NCBI GenBank assembly: GCA_963663405.2
Contig: CAXXSM010000118.1
Location: 143,496-207,495, forward strand
Reading direction: 5' to 3'
Source of the DNA: a bacterium
Lineage (GTDB): Bacteria > Hinthialibacterota > Hinthialibacteria > Hinthialibacterales > Hinthialibacteraceae
DNA length: 64,000 nucleotides
Every line of letters starts with the position of its first letter. Positions within the stretch are counted from its first letter, which is position 1. This document shows, piece by piece, positions 49,418 through 59,607 of this stretch. A model generated the notes under the pieces. The model did no database searches. It had not been told where the DNA came from and worked only from the letters and a program-made list of their open reading frames with translations. Position numbers and translations under genes: made by a program.

Positions 49418-52400
49418 TTATTTCACCCGTAACGTACGAATATCACCGTTACTACGAAGCCAAATCGCTTTTTTTCCGGATGGGAGAAAGCGCAGCGCCA
49501 CCGTATCCATTACGCCTGTGTACGGTTTATCTGAAAAATGTAAAACAGGACTGTATTGGTGAATCACACCGTATTTATCTAATAAAATAATATTATCATC
49601 CCGTGCGAAAAGAATATCGCTGATGATCGGCCATCCATAATGCGTATCGGGAATCGCGTAATGGCTCTCATCCCATTCTGTATAGAGAAAAGCTGGACCG
49701 GTTTCTGATGTATACGCCACAGTCAATCCATGTTCACTCTCGCGGACGGCGAAATCGAAAAGGGCGTTTCCATTGGGCAATTCAAACCGTTTGGCGAGGG
49801 TTTTCCCTTCCACACCCAATCGGAGTGTCACACCATTTGATGAAACAGCGATCAATTCGCTTCCATCATGAATCGATTCGATTCCGATCCATTGATTTCC
49901 ATCGGCGTAATCGTTCAAATCCCCCCACATCGTAGGCGTATGGTTGGATGTGGGAGTGGGGGCGTTAAGAAAGTTGATGGTTGGATATTCCCAAACCGTT
50001 CCATCCCGGCATAAAAAGAGAACACGCGAACCGGCGAGAGTTCCATCAGCGGCCTCTCTTTGTGGCCAACGGCGCAGTCCGGTTCCTTCCATCATATATA
50101 AAACACCTTTATCTTCCACAGCTAAACGGCCCCACCGGTCGAGAAGAATGATTCGCTCTTCCGACACGGGCAGAGCGTCGATGAACATCGGGATCGCCTC
50201 TTCAGGGCGCAGGATCACGGCTCCCCGCGCCTTACGGATCATTTCCGTATCGATCAACTCATAACAGACCGGAGTAAACTGGCTTCCTTTATGCCATAGA
50301 TTATTTAAGATGGAGAACGCGGTGGTGTAATTCCCGGATGCGATAGCGTCCCCGACTTTCTGCCGCGCTGTGGCGCCGGATGGATCGAGTTCCGCGTAGA
50401 CCATGCGATAGCGATTGTCGAGTAATAGGAGAGATTGACGGCTTTGAACGAATACAAACTTTTTATATCGATCCGTAATGGCGCCATAGAGAACCATATC
50501 TTTATAGACCGGCGTCGCGCCGGAATAGTGAACGTTTCCGTTTAAATCGAGTGTGATGAGTCCTTTTTCATCCGGGGTGAGCATAAAATCGCGGATAATC
50601 GGATAGAACCAGGGCGTACTGAAAGGGAATTTTACTTTGCTTTCGTCATAGGTTAAATGGTTGTTGACATCAATGGTAATGGGTTGATACGCGTAGTTGA
50701 AATGAAGAGCGGCGGCGGTGTTATAGGAACCTTCCCGCACTAGTATAAGCGATTCGGTTTCCATATCCCAAACCCGGTTGAAATTATCTAAGACATAGAT
50801 CGCTCCCGTGTCCCCACGGATAGCGAGATCGATCATTTTCACCGGCAGACCACGTTTTGAAGGCGATTCGGGTAGAAAAGTCTTCAAACGCTCTAAATTC
50901 CCCCATACCAAACTATCGGTTATACCTTTTTCAAGAATCTCCTTTGCGACTCGAAACACCTTGCCATTTTCTGAAAGCAGAATGGCGGCGCCTTCTTGAT
51001 TGATATCTCCTGCGACGATTGGAGAATCGACTAAGTTTGATGACGCGAAGATCCATTTCAATCCCTGTTCGCGATGTAAAAAGATCCGTCCATACTTATC
51101 AAACACGAATACCCGTTCCGGCGGGCCGGGAACGATTTCTAAATCACACGCCCAGCCGGGATAGTCGTACGCTTCTGGGGGAACCTGGGCGATGATCGAG
51201 ATGGTTAGCGTATCCATGTATTCAAGAATTTCGCGATAGCGGCCCGGAGATTCTTCCAAAGCGTGATCGGCCAGCCAATACAGATTGATGGCGTTGTAAC
51301 GCTCCACCGCGTTTTTCATGTGCCGGAAATAGAAATCCGGGACGACAGCGCTGATCACAGGGCCAAAATTGGATATCAGAACCGGATAGCGCCAAAAAAG
51401 AGCGTTCTGCAGCGTCCATGCGGACGCCAGCGCCGCTCCCGCGATAAAAACAACCAGCGCCCATTTTCGCCATACTCGAAAGGATAAAACGTTACTCATA
51501 ACGGCGGCTCCTAATAAAGAGAGACCTGGAAAAATAAAGGTATATAAATCCCAGTCAAGGGGAAATCCTATGACCGGATTATAAACAAATCCCAAACACA
51601 GCGAAGGACAAACCGCTAGAAGAAAAAAGACACCCTCCGCGCTGCGTAACCGGCGCCAGGTTCGCGCGCTGTCGCAGGTGATTCGCGTCAATATCATCAC
51701 GAGAGGCGCCCAGAAATTGACCAATGTGACATTGGCGAAATCCGCCAAATGTTTCAATGAAAAGAGCGCATATCCGGCCATCTGCGAGGCGGATTGGAAA
51801 AACAGGTAGTTTCTTGATTCTCCGATCCGGGTGATCAAACCAGCGAACGAATTCGCATATTGCTCCAACAGAGCAAGAGAAACCAAGACGGGTGTTGCGG
51901 AGAGAATGAGATGAAGAAGCGCTTCGCCCAGTCCGAATTCTTTCCGCCGCCATGCCATGATGAGAAGATAGAGATAGGCCAATCCTAAAACACCATGCCA
52001 AAAACCAAAGGCCAACGTCATCCCGAACGCGCAGGTGACCGCTGCAATGGGCGCGCGGTTGTGCAGGAAAAGCAAGCCTGTAAAAAAGAAGATCAGCTGG
52101 ACGATCAGCGCGGGTCCGTAGATCTCATGATACCCACAAAAAACAGCCAGGATTGGAGTGAGTAAAAAAAACAGGGGCGCTAAAAACGAGTATGGACGCG
52201 GCAGCCGCGCGCCGAACCAGAACAGAATCAGGACGTAACATCCACCATAGAAACAACTCAGTACTTTGAAAATCGTTACCAGACTCGCCTGCGGCCAAAT
52301 ATAGAGAATTTCACTTAACCAACAACGGATCAGTGTCTCCAAAGGCGCATGTTCCACTAAAAACGCGCGCCCTTCCCGCGCCGCGTGATAGTGTAAATAC

Positions 52401-52723
52401 TGGTCTCCAGAATCCAATCGCTGAATCCGGAAAAACCAAAAACAAAGCCCTACGCCCAAGACAATCAAGAAGGAAACCAGGACCGGTCTTCGTTTAAGAA
52501 GCCTGTACAAGCGGCGTAGAACGTTTAAATATCCTATCCAGAATCGATTGACGAAGCGGTGTGAAATCAATACGGGAACAGCGATAAAAATCCATATTAG
52601 ATAAAAACCAATAGGAGTTCCATCCAACCGATTAACCAGCCACGGTTGATACCCCCCCAGCCAGAAGAGACCTCCAGTCAGTAAAAAGAGAATCGTCCAA
52701 ATGATTAATGAATATATCATCAC
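49418..52723 (-). CDS. Polytopic GT-C-like membrane domain fused to beta-propeller repeats
   Basis: About 13 TM segments in aa 1-450, with DSGD, GYHEIY and LDWDLY loops. C-terminal LDxxG/WxIIxD repeats. Confidence 0.65.
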   Translation of the reverse strand: MMIYSLIIWTILFLLTGGLFWLGGYQPWLVNRLDGTPIGFYLIWIFIAVPVLISHRFVNRFWIGYLNVLRRLYRLLKRRPVLVSFLIVLGVGLCFWFFRIQRLDSGDQYLHYHAAREGRAFLVEHAPLETLIRCWLSEILYIWPQASLVTIFKVLSCFYGGCYVLILFWFGARLPRPYSFLAPLFFLLTPILAVFCGYHEIYGPALIVQLIFFFTGLLFLHNRAPIAAVTCAFGMTLAFGFWHGVLGLAYLYLLIMAWRRKEFGLGEALLHLILSATPVLVSLALLEQYANSFAGLITRIGESRNYLFFQSASQMAGYALFSLKHLADFANVTLVNFWAPLVMILTRITCDSARTWRRLRSAEGVFFLLAVCPSLCLGFVYNPVIGFPLDWDLYTFIFPGLSLLGAAVMSNVLSFRVWRKWALVVFIAGAALASAWTLQNALFWRYPVLISNFGPVISAVVPDFYFRHMKNAVERYNAINLYWLADHALEESPGRYREILEYMDTLTISIIAQVPPEAYDYPGWACDLEIVPGPPERVFVFDKYGRIFLHREQGLKWIFASSNLVDSPIVAGDINQEGAAILLSENGKVFRVAKEILEKGITDSLVWGNLERLKTFLPESPSKRGLPVKMIDLAIRGDTGAIYVLDNFNRVWDMETESLILVREGSYNTAAALHFNYAYQPITIDVNNHLTYDESKVKFPFSTPWFYPIIRDFMLTPDEKGLITLDLNGNVHYSGATPVYKDMVLYGAITDRYKKFVFVQSRQSLLLLDNRYRMVYAELDPSGATARQKVGDAIASGNYTTAFSILNNLWHKGSQFTPVCYELIDTEMIRKARGAVILRPEEAIPMFIDALPVSEERIILLDRWGRLAVEDKGVLYMMEGTGLRRWPQREAADGTLAGSRVLFLCRDGTVWEYPTINFLNAPTPTSNHTPTMWGDLNDYADGNQWIGIESIHDGSELIAVSSNGVTLRLGVEGKTLAKRFELPNGNALFDFAVRESEHGLTVAYTSETGPAFLYTEWDESHYAIPDTHYGWPIISDILFARDDNIILLDKYGVIHQYSPVLHFSDKPYTGVMDTVALRFLPSGKKAIWLRSNGDIRTLRVK

Positions 52724-52993
52724 AGTGCTTAAATGAGTAAGATGAATGAAGCGAAACCACTTTACCTTAGTCTCACACTAGCTGGTTGTAAATCGGGACT
52801 CAATCAATTCTATGTATTGGAAATAAGAACCTATTGGATGCGCTAAATTCTTTGAAAAAGTCTAATTCATGACAATATGTTCAATTATGAGTTCTTCATG
52901 ATTAATTCATGTTTGTTCCCATTTTATTGAATATCTGGTTAGAGGGAGTATCCTTATGAAGAAAAGTGAACCGCGCTCCAGGAAGGATTGAGA

Positions 52994-53777
52994 ATGAAGC
53001 TGAATCGAATCGCGCAGGAGATGAAACCCATCATGTATCAGGCGGGCGCCATTGCGATGCGTCATTTCCGCCAAGTCGACGCGGAACGGAAACCGGATAA
53101 AAGCTACGTCACAGACGCGGACCGGACAGTGGAAGAGTTTCTCCGGGAAGAGATCGGCCGTTTGTATCCAGAATGTGGGATATTTGGGGAAGAAGCCGGA
53201 TTCGACCGCATGGAAAACGCGGAATATGTTTGGGCGATCGATCCAATCGATGGAACAGCGCCGTTTGTATTCGAACTGCCGATTTGGGGTGTCTCAGCGG
53301 GTTTATTGAATAAAGAGCGTCTTCTCGCCGGTTTTGTCTATCTGCCTGTGGTGGATGAGATGTATTGGGCCGTGGACGGCGGACCCGCGTATATGAATGG
53401 GCGGGAGATTCACGTCTCTGGGCCTGTAGAAATGACGCATGGAACCACCATTCTCGCGTCTTCCGCGTGGTTCCGTTTGTTTGATGTGCATTACGATGGC
53501 CGGATTCTATCCCTCGGTTCCGCCGCCGCCAATTTGAGTATTGCGGCGCGGGGGAAATTGCATGGAGGTATTTTAGAGACAATTCGATTGTATGATATCG
53601 CAGGAGGGGCGATGGTCATGTTAGCCGCAGGCGGGGCGTTGAAATACCTGTCGGGGAAAGAGGTGGATTATTGGAGCCTTCTCGATGGGGAAAAAAACCG
53701 CTGAGCCAATGGTGTGCGGTCATCCTCATAACATCGAACAGCTCCGGCGCTTGTTCACGCTACACGATCCATCATGA
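52994..53777 (+). CDS. Inositol monophosphatase (SuhB-like), frameshifted at an A7 run (53691-53697)
   Basis: VTDAD, GEE, WAIDPIDGT, GSAA, YDIAGG. Removing one A extends the protein GEKTAEPMVCGHPHNIEQLRRLF to TGA 53777. Confidence 0.88.
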
Positions 53778-55142
53778 GTCCCCTTCTTGTTTCTCCGAGC
53801 TGAAAAAGTGTTTTCGAATTACGCCGGTTAGATAGAGAGATCCCGTCACAACAATCACATCTTTTGGTTTGGCCATCGCTTCCGCCTGTGTAAACGCGTC
53901 AATCGGATTTTCGATCTGATGGCAATTCGGCCCTACATCGTGCAATCCTTCAATCTCATCTAAGATGCCCTGGATCGGCATTCCGCGTGGGCTGGGAGCG
54001 CATGTGAATACAATTCCATCACTCGGGCGAGCCAACCGCCGGACCATCGAACGGATTTTTTTTCCCTCGAGAAATCCTGCGACAAAAATGCGGTGTTTAT
54101 TAGGGAATATCTCATCCAGCGATAAACGTAATGAAGCGGCGCCTTTAGCGGTATGCGCGACATCGAGCACGACGGTGGCTCGATCCGGCCGGCGGAAAAT
54201 TTCAAAACGTCCAGGCCATTTGACTTGTCTCAATCCCTCGGTGAGTTCTTCTTTTCGATAGGGCCGCAGCGCGCCGGTTTGCTGCAGGACATCCAATGCC
54301 GCGACGGCCGTCAGTGTGTTCTGTAATTGATAGTGTCCGAAGAGTGGAATTTGAACTATTCGCTTCTTTTCTTCGTTCAATCCCCCCTGAATTTCGATAG
54401 TCCGGTACCGGCGTCCCCATTTTTGAGAGAGCGCGCGATAACGTTCGTCCGTACAAATGGGCGGGGGTTCATGATCCTGCAGACGCCGGTGGATATGATC
54501 GAGCACATCGCTGTCCTGATGGCCGATCACAATGGGAACACCCGGCCGCCGGATCCCCAATTTTTCATCCGCGACCGCTTCTAACGTGTCACCCAGGAGA
54601 TTTGTATGTTCGAGGGAGATATGCGTAATCACCGTTAGGATTGGATTCATGACATTGGTCGAATCGAGACGCCCGCCAAGGCCGGTCTCGATGACGGCGT
54701 AATCGACTTTACGTTTTTGAAACTCAAGAAAGGCCATCGCCGTGATCAGTTCAAAGAATGTGGCGTATCCTCCCCGCAGCGGGGGGAGCGCATCCATTTT
54801 TTCCTGTAGTATTTTCGTCCAACGGGAGAATGTCCGTTCTGAAATCCATTCGCCATTCACGCTGATCCGTTCGCGGATATTTTCAAGATGTGGGGAAAGA
54901 TACACGCCCACCTTGAATCCCATGCCGCGCAGAACCGACGCGATCATCGCGCAGACAGAACCTTTGCCATCGCTGCCGGCGGTATGGATCGCTTTCAATG
55001 AGAATTGGGGATCGCCGAATAGATGAAGAAATGCGCGGAACCGCTCTAGGTTGAGTGTTTTATCGGAATAATGCCAGTTTGATTTCCGTTCGTAGGATAC
55101 GAAAGAATAGAGATAATCGAGGGCTTGATGAAAGGCGCTCAT
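53772..55142 (-). CDS. folC: Dihydrofolate/folylpolyglutamate synthase
   Basis: HTAGSDGKGS, SPHL...RERI, TFFE, ETGLGGRLDSTN, WPGRFE, LDVAH, TGSLYL. Start placed at MSAFHQ. Confidence 0.93.
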   Translation of the reverse strand: MSAFHQALDYLYSFVSYERKSNWHYSDKTLNLERFRAFLHLFGDPQFSLKAIHTAGSDGKGSVCAMIASVLRGMGFKVGVYLSPHLENIRERISVNGEWISERTFSRWTKILQEKMDALPPLRGGYATFFELITAMAFLEFQKRKVDYAVIETGLGGRLDSTNVMNPILTVITHISLEHTNLLGDTLEAVADEKLGIRRPGVPIVIGHQDSDVLDHIHRRLQDHEPPPICTDERYRALSQKWGRRYRTIEIQGGLNEEKKRIVQIPLFGHYQLQNTLTAVAALDVLQQTGALRPYRKEELTEGLRQVKWPGRFEIFRRPDRATVVLDVAHTAKGAASLRLSLDEIFPNKHRIFVAGFLEGKKIRSMVRRLARPSDGIVFTCAPSPRGMPIQGILDEIEGLHDVGPNCHQIENPIDAFTQAEAMAKPKDVIVVTGSLYLTGVIRKHFFSSEKQEGDS

Positions 55143-55346
55143 GGAAACGATATCGATTCTCCTGTTCTCCTGTTTATATGAAAATGAGTTCCTAAGGCTT
55201 TCTCGTTCGAATTCGCTCCCGCAACTCATTTTCATCTGCAGTTGTGATCTCAATCATGATGGTTTGTATGTATTATATATTTTTTGTCTTTTCTATCTAC
55301 AAATGAATTACCCAACTCTCGACTTTTTTCTACGTGACATAAAGAC

Positions 55347-55376
55347 TTGACAACAAATAGGTAGATTTGCGATGAT
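55347..55376 (+). promoter_or_regulatory. Possible sigma-70 promoter of the 55.4-59.5 kb operon
   Basis: TTGACA-N18-GATGAT with an upstream TGn. The -10 match is imperfect. Confidence 0.3.
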
Positions 55377-55437
55377 CGCCTTGCAGTATTAATGCTCAAT
55401 CATCTGTCCGTTTCAAAACAATTGGGAGGATCAACCA

Positions 55438-56868
55438 ATGGATCGCAAACTCAAACGACGAAGTTTTTTTCAAGTTTCCGCCGCGGGAAGCGCTTTCGCC
55501 GCTGGGGCTTCCTCACTAATAGGAAATCAATCATTCGCCCGTTCTTCCGGTCCCCTTAGTCCTGGATCCCGGAATTCAAACGTAAAAATCGCAAAAGTAT
55601 ATATGGCGAAACCCGAACCACACTGGCCCACGCCAACACTGGATTTAAATGAGGAAGTACAGCGTTATGAACGTGAATTCTCTCTACTAAAAGATGATCT
55701 AGCTGGTGTTGATTTTACTGTTAATGAATTGATTACTTCTACGGAACAGATCCAAAATCTCAGTTCAAAAATTAAAGAGGCGGAAGGTCTGCTGATCGTT
55801 AAACTGTCCATTCATACCAGTGATCTGTTCCAGGCGTTTCTTGCGTTGGATGTACCCACTGTGGTTTTTGCGGAACCGTATTCGGGCCATGAATGGACAC
55901 GGTACGGTCAGGTAATGAAAGACAAAGAAGGAGCGCCGTTTGATTGTCTTCTCACCAGCGATTACAGCCAATTGGCGGCGGCGGTTCGACCGATTCGCGC
56001 GATTCATCATCTACGGGAAGCGAAGATTCTCAATGTGACAAGCCGCGATCTACCCACGGAATTTGTGCAATCCATGCGATCGAAGTTTGGCACGCAGATC
56101 GAGAAAATCGATCGAGAGCGGATGTTAAGCGAATACAACGATATCCCCGATCGAGCGGCGCAATCCGAAGCGAAACGGTGGATCGCCGAAGCGGAACGGG
56201 TCGTGGAGCCGTCCGAAGATGAAATCTTCCGATCCTGCAAGCTGGCGCTGGCGATGGAAAAACTGTTGGAAGAAGAAGGTGCGACCGTTATGACGGTCGA
56301 TTGTTATGGATCGATGTTTCATCAGCTTCCTGCGTTTCCGTGCATTGGATTTACGCGCTTGAACGATATGGGATGGGGAGGGATCTGTGAATCGGATCTG
56401 CGATGCGCAGTGACACATATTCTCTTCCAAGGACTTGTGGGGAAACCTGGATTCATCAGCGATCCAACGATGGATATGTCAAAGGACAGCGCGATTCTCG
56501 CGCATTGTTTAGGAAGCACACGTATGGATGGACCATCGGGAGAACGAGCGCCGTATAAAATTCGGACCATCATGGAGCGACGCGAAGGCGCCGTCCCACA
56601 AGTGCGGATGCGCATCGGCCAGAAAGTGACGCAAGCATTACTGGTCGATCAAGATTTTATGCTTTACTTTATAGGCGATACGACTGACGCGCCGGATACA
56701 GAACGCGGCTGCCGAACCAAGATCACCGTTCATATTGATGGCGACGCGGAGAAAGTATGGAAGAACTGGTCTCATGGTCTGCACCGCGTCACATGCTATG
56801 GCGATCTCACAAAGGACCTTGAACGCTTCTGCCGGTTCAAAAAGATCGAATTGGTGAACGAAGCGTAA
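55438..56868 (+). CDS. Tat-signal protein with an L-fucose/L-arabinose isomerase-like fold
   Basis: KLKRRSFFQ twin-arginine signal. ICESD, GFISD, LAHC, GCRTK, HRVTCYGD. Confidence 0.75.
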   Translation: MDRKLKRRSFFQVSAAGSAFAAGASSLIGNQSFARSSGPLSPGSRNSNVKIAKVYMAKPEPHWPTPTLDLNEEVQRYEREFSLLKDDLAGVDFTVNELITSTEQIQNLSSKIKEAEGLLIVKLSIHTSDLFQAFLALDVPTVVFAEPYSGHEWTRYGQVMKDKEGAPFDCLLTSDYSQLAAAVRPIRAIHHLREAKILNVTSRDLPTEFVQSMRSKFGTQIEKIDRERMLSEYNDIPDRAAQSEAKRWIAEAERVVEPSEDEIFRSCKLALAMEKLLEEEGATVMTVDCYGSMFHQLPAFPCIGFTRLNDMGWGGICESDLRCAVTHILFQGLVGKPGFISDPTMDMSKDSAILAHCLGSTRMDGPSGERAPYKIRTIMERREGAVPQVRMRIGQKVTQALLVDQDFMLYFIGDTTDAPDTERGCRTKITVHIDGDAEKVWKNWSHGLHRVTCYGDLTKDLERFCRFKKIELVNEA

Positions 56869-56920
56869 GCGCAAAGCGCTTGGTCTCATTTTTTATTTAT
56901 TGGATTGGAAGGATAAGGGT

Positions 56921-58132
56921 ATGAGCGGGACAATTTACGCGATCGCCACTATGGATACAAAAGGGGAAGAGATCGCCTACGTGGCGGAACGAATCAAGGC
57001 GGTGGGAGCGGACGTTCTCACACTTGACGTTGGCACGGGATTCGATCCAGTCGTAATCCCGGATATTACACGCGAGACGATCGCGTCCTATCATCCGGAT
57101 GGCCCAGACACGGTGTTGAAACAGACGGATCGGGGGCGGTCGGTTACGGCGATGAGTGAAGCAATGACTGCTTATCTTCAATCGGAGCACGCTCTTGGAA
57201 ATGTGGGTGGCGTGATTGGAGTTGGCGGAAGTGGTGGGACGACGATCGCTGCGGCGGCTATGAAGGCTTTACCGATCGGCCTTCCAAAATTGTTAGTCTC
57301 AACCGTAGCGAGTGGGAATGTAGCGCCATATATCGGCTGCTGCGATATTACGATGATGTATTCAGTCGTTGACGTGGCGGGAATCAACCGCGTATCCCGG
57401 CAAGTTTTGGGGAACGCGGCGCACGCGATCGCTGGGATGGTCCTTCATGAACCGCCTGCAGATGAAAGTAAGCCCACCATTAGTATGACTATGTTCGGCG
57501 TTACGACCCCCTGTGTCACCGCAGTGCGGGAACAATTGGAAGCCAAAGGATATGACTGTCTAGTCTTTCACGCCACTGGTTCCGGGGGCCGGGCGATGGA
57601 GAAACTGGTATCGAGTGGAATGATCGATGGCGTTCTCGATATTACGACAACAGAAGCGGCCGATGAAGTCGCCGGGGGTATTTTATCCGCCGGTCCCGAA
57701 CGATTCGATATCATTCTCGAAAAAGAGATCCCCTATGTCTTCAGCCTGGGGGCTTTGGATATGGTAAATTTCGGCGTGAAGGAGACCGTGCCGGACAAAT
57801 TCAAAACCCGGACGCTTCACGTTCACAATGCGCAAGTTACCTTGATGCGTACAACCGTGGAAGAAAACCGGCGGATCGCGCGCTGGATCGCGAATAAAAT
57901 CAACCGCTCTAAAGCGCCGGTCAGAATTCTAATTCCAGAAAAGGGCGTCTCCGCGATCGACGCTCCAGGGCAGCCTTTTTACGATCCAGCGGCCAATACA
58001 GCGCTCTTTGAAGAATTGGAATCCACGATCATGCAAACGGAATCCCGCGTGATCCAGAGATTGCCCTATCATATTAACGATCCGGAATTTTCATCGGCTT
58101 TAGTAGATGCATTTTTATCGCTTATTAAGTGA
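56921..58132 (+). CDS. Tm-1-like ATP-binding domain protein (UPF0261)
   Basis: ATMDTKGEE, GGSGGT, LPIGLPKLLVST, SVVDVAGIN, TMFGVTTPC, VFHATGSGG, GALDMVNFG, HINDPEF. Confidence 0.92.
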   Translation: MSGTIYAIATMDTKGEEIAYVAERIKAVGADVLTLDVGTGFDPVVIPDITRETIASYHPDGPDTVLKQTDRGRSVTAMSEAMTAYLQSEHALGNVGGVIGVGGSGGTTIAAAAMKALPIGLPKLLVSTVASGNVAPYIGCCDITMMYSVVDVAGINRVSRQVLGNAAHAIAGMVLHEPPADESKPTISMTMFGVTTPCVTAVREQLEAKGYDCLVFHATGSGGRAMEKLVSSGMIDGVLDITTTEAADEVAGGILSAGPERFDIILEKEIPYVFSLGALDMVNFGVKETVPDKFKTRTLHVHNAQVTLMRTTVEENRRIARWIANKINRSKAPVRILIPEKGVSAIDAPGQPFYDPAANTALFEELESTIMQTESRVIQRLPYHINDPEFSSALVDAFLSLIK

Positions 58133-58199
58133 TTTATTATGATTCGTCGGTTTGAGATAACGGCTCATATACAATTTTGTAAGAAATCTGGAGTTTATT

Positions 58200-59042
58200 A
58201 TGGCTGAAAACCGGACATCTATTTTAACCCGGTTTCGGGAAATCATCGCAAGGGGAGAACCTCTTATCGGCGGGGGCGCAGGGACGGGATTATCCGCCAA
58301 GTGTGAAGAAGCCGGGGGGATCGACCTGATCGTGATCTACAATTCGGGTAAATACCGCATGGCGGGACGCGGTTCGCTGTCGGGTCTGATGCCCTATGGA
58401 AACGCCAATCAGATTGTGAAGGAAATGGCGCATGAAGTGCTCACAATCGTTGAGCGGACACCCGTGCTGGCGGGAGTCTGCGGAACCGATCCCTTTATGA
58501 TCCGCGATCCGTTTCTGCAGGAATTGAAGGCGCTTGGATTCGCCGGCGTGCAAAATTTTCCAACCGTGGGTTTGATCGATGGAACTCTCCGTGCGAACCT
58601 GGAAGAGACGGGGATGAGTTATCAACTGGAAGTGGACTGCATCGCAGCCGCGCGGGAATTAGACCTGCTGACGACACCTTACGTATTCAATGCGAATGAA
58701 GCGAAACAAATGACGGAAGCCGGAGCGGATATCATCGTCGCTCATATGGGATTGACAACGAAAGGCGCGATCGGCGCGAAAACCAGCAAATCGCTGGACG
58801 ACTGCGTTTCCCTCATTGAACAAATCGCGGATACATGCAAAACGATCCGGAATGATGCGATCGTTTTATGTCATGGCGGGCCGATCGCCATGCCGGATGA
58901 CGCCCGGTATATTTTTGAACGCGTACCAAGTGTCGATGGATTTTACGGGGCCAGTTCAATGGAACGCCTGCCGACGGAAATCGCGATCACCAATCAGATC
59001 AAAGCGTTTAAAAAACTAAAATTGACTTTCACTGAGAAGTAA
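58200..59042 (+). CDS. TIM-barrel signal transduction / PEP-hydrolase family protein
   Basis: [68 protein letters not shown]. Confidence 0.92.
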   Translation: MAENRTSILTRFREIIARGEPLIGGGAGTGLSAKCEEAGGIDLIVIYNSGKYRMAGRGSLSGLMPYGNANQIVKEMAHEVLTIVERTPVLAGVCGTDPFMIRDPFLQELKALGFAGVQNFPTVGLIDGTLRANLEETGMSYQLEVDCIAAARELDLLTTPYVFNANEAKQMTEAGADIIVAHMGLTTKGAIGAKTSKSLDDCVSLIEQIADTCKTIRNDAIVLCHGGPIAMPDDARYIFERVPSVDGFYGASSMERLPTEIAITNQIKAFKKLKLTFTEK

Positions 59043-59129
59043 AAAATATCTTTTCGATCAAAATGAGAATGCGATTTGTTAATACGAAATGAATCAATGT
59101 TTGTTGTCTACGAAAAGGAGAATGGAATT

Positions 59130-59543
59130 ATGAAACTAGGCCGTGGCTCCATTGTGTATAAAAGTGAAGTTGAAACGCTGCAATTCGGTTGGGGGAAAAT
59201 TAACATTCTGAGTGATGACACCATTACCGGCGCGAAACATTTCAGTTTCGGAATCGTGGAGACGAAACCTGGAGAGGGTCATGATTGTCACAATCATCCT
59301 GACGCGGAGGAAATAATCTTTGTCTTATCCGGTGAGGCGGAACAGATGATCGATCACAAACCACCGGTGACGGTTACAGCGGGGGCTTCTATTTATTTAC
59401 CGCCCGGTGTGGATCATTCCACCAAGAATATCGGAACGGAGCCGTTATTGCTTATTATCGCCTATGGCCCTATCGGCGCAGAGAAAGCGCTACGGGAAAT
59501 CCCAGATTGTCAAATTCTCCCACCGGAGAAATCCGGTTCTTAG
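59130..59543 (+). CDS. Cupin-domain protein
   Basis: PGEGHDCHNHPDAEEIIFVLSG...PPGVDHSTKN. AAGGAG RBS before ATG 59130. Confidence 0.88.
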   Translation: MKLGRGSIVYKSEVETLQFGWGKINILSDDTITGAKHFSFGIVETKPGEGHDCHNHPDAEEIIFVLSGEAEQMIDHKPPVTVTAGASIYLPPGVDHSTKNIGTEPLLLIIAYGPIGAEKALREIPDCQILPPEKSGS

Positions 59544-59567
59544 TGTATTGACATCCAACGCTTCGCT

Positions 59568-59597
59568 TAAAGGTTCCGGCGCGAGCGCCGGTATTTA
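59568..59597. terminator. GC-rich hairpin between convergent genes
   Basis: CCGGCGC-ga-GCGCCGG (59576-59591) with outer TAAA/TTTA. Confidence 0.45.
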
Positions 59598-59607
59598 GCC
59601 CATATAC

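Noticed and set aside
53687-53698. Programmed frameshift at GGGGAAAAAAAC in the IMPase gene
   Set aside because: Repair needs a +1 shift rather than -1, and A7 is short for transcriptional slippage.
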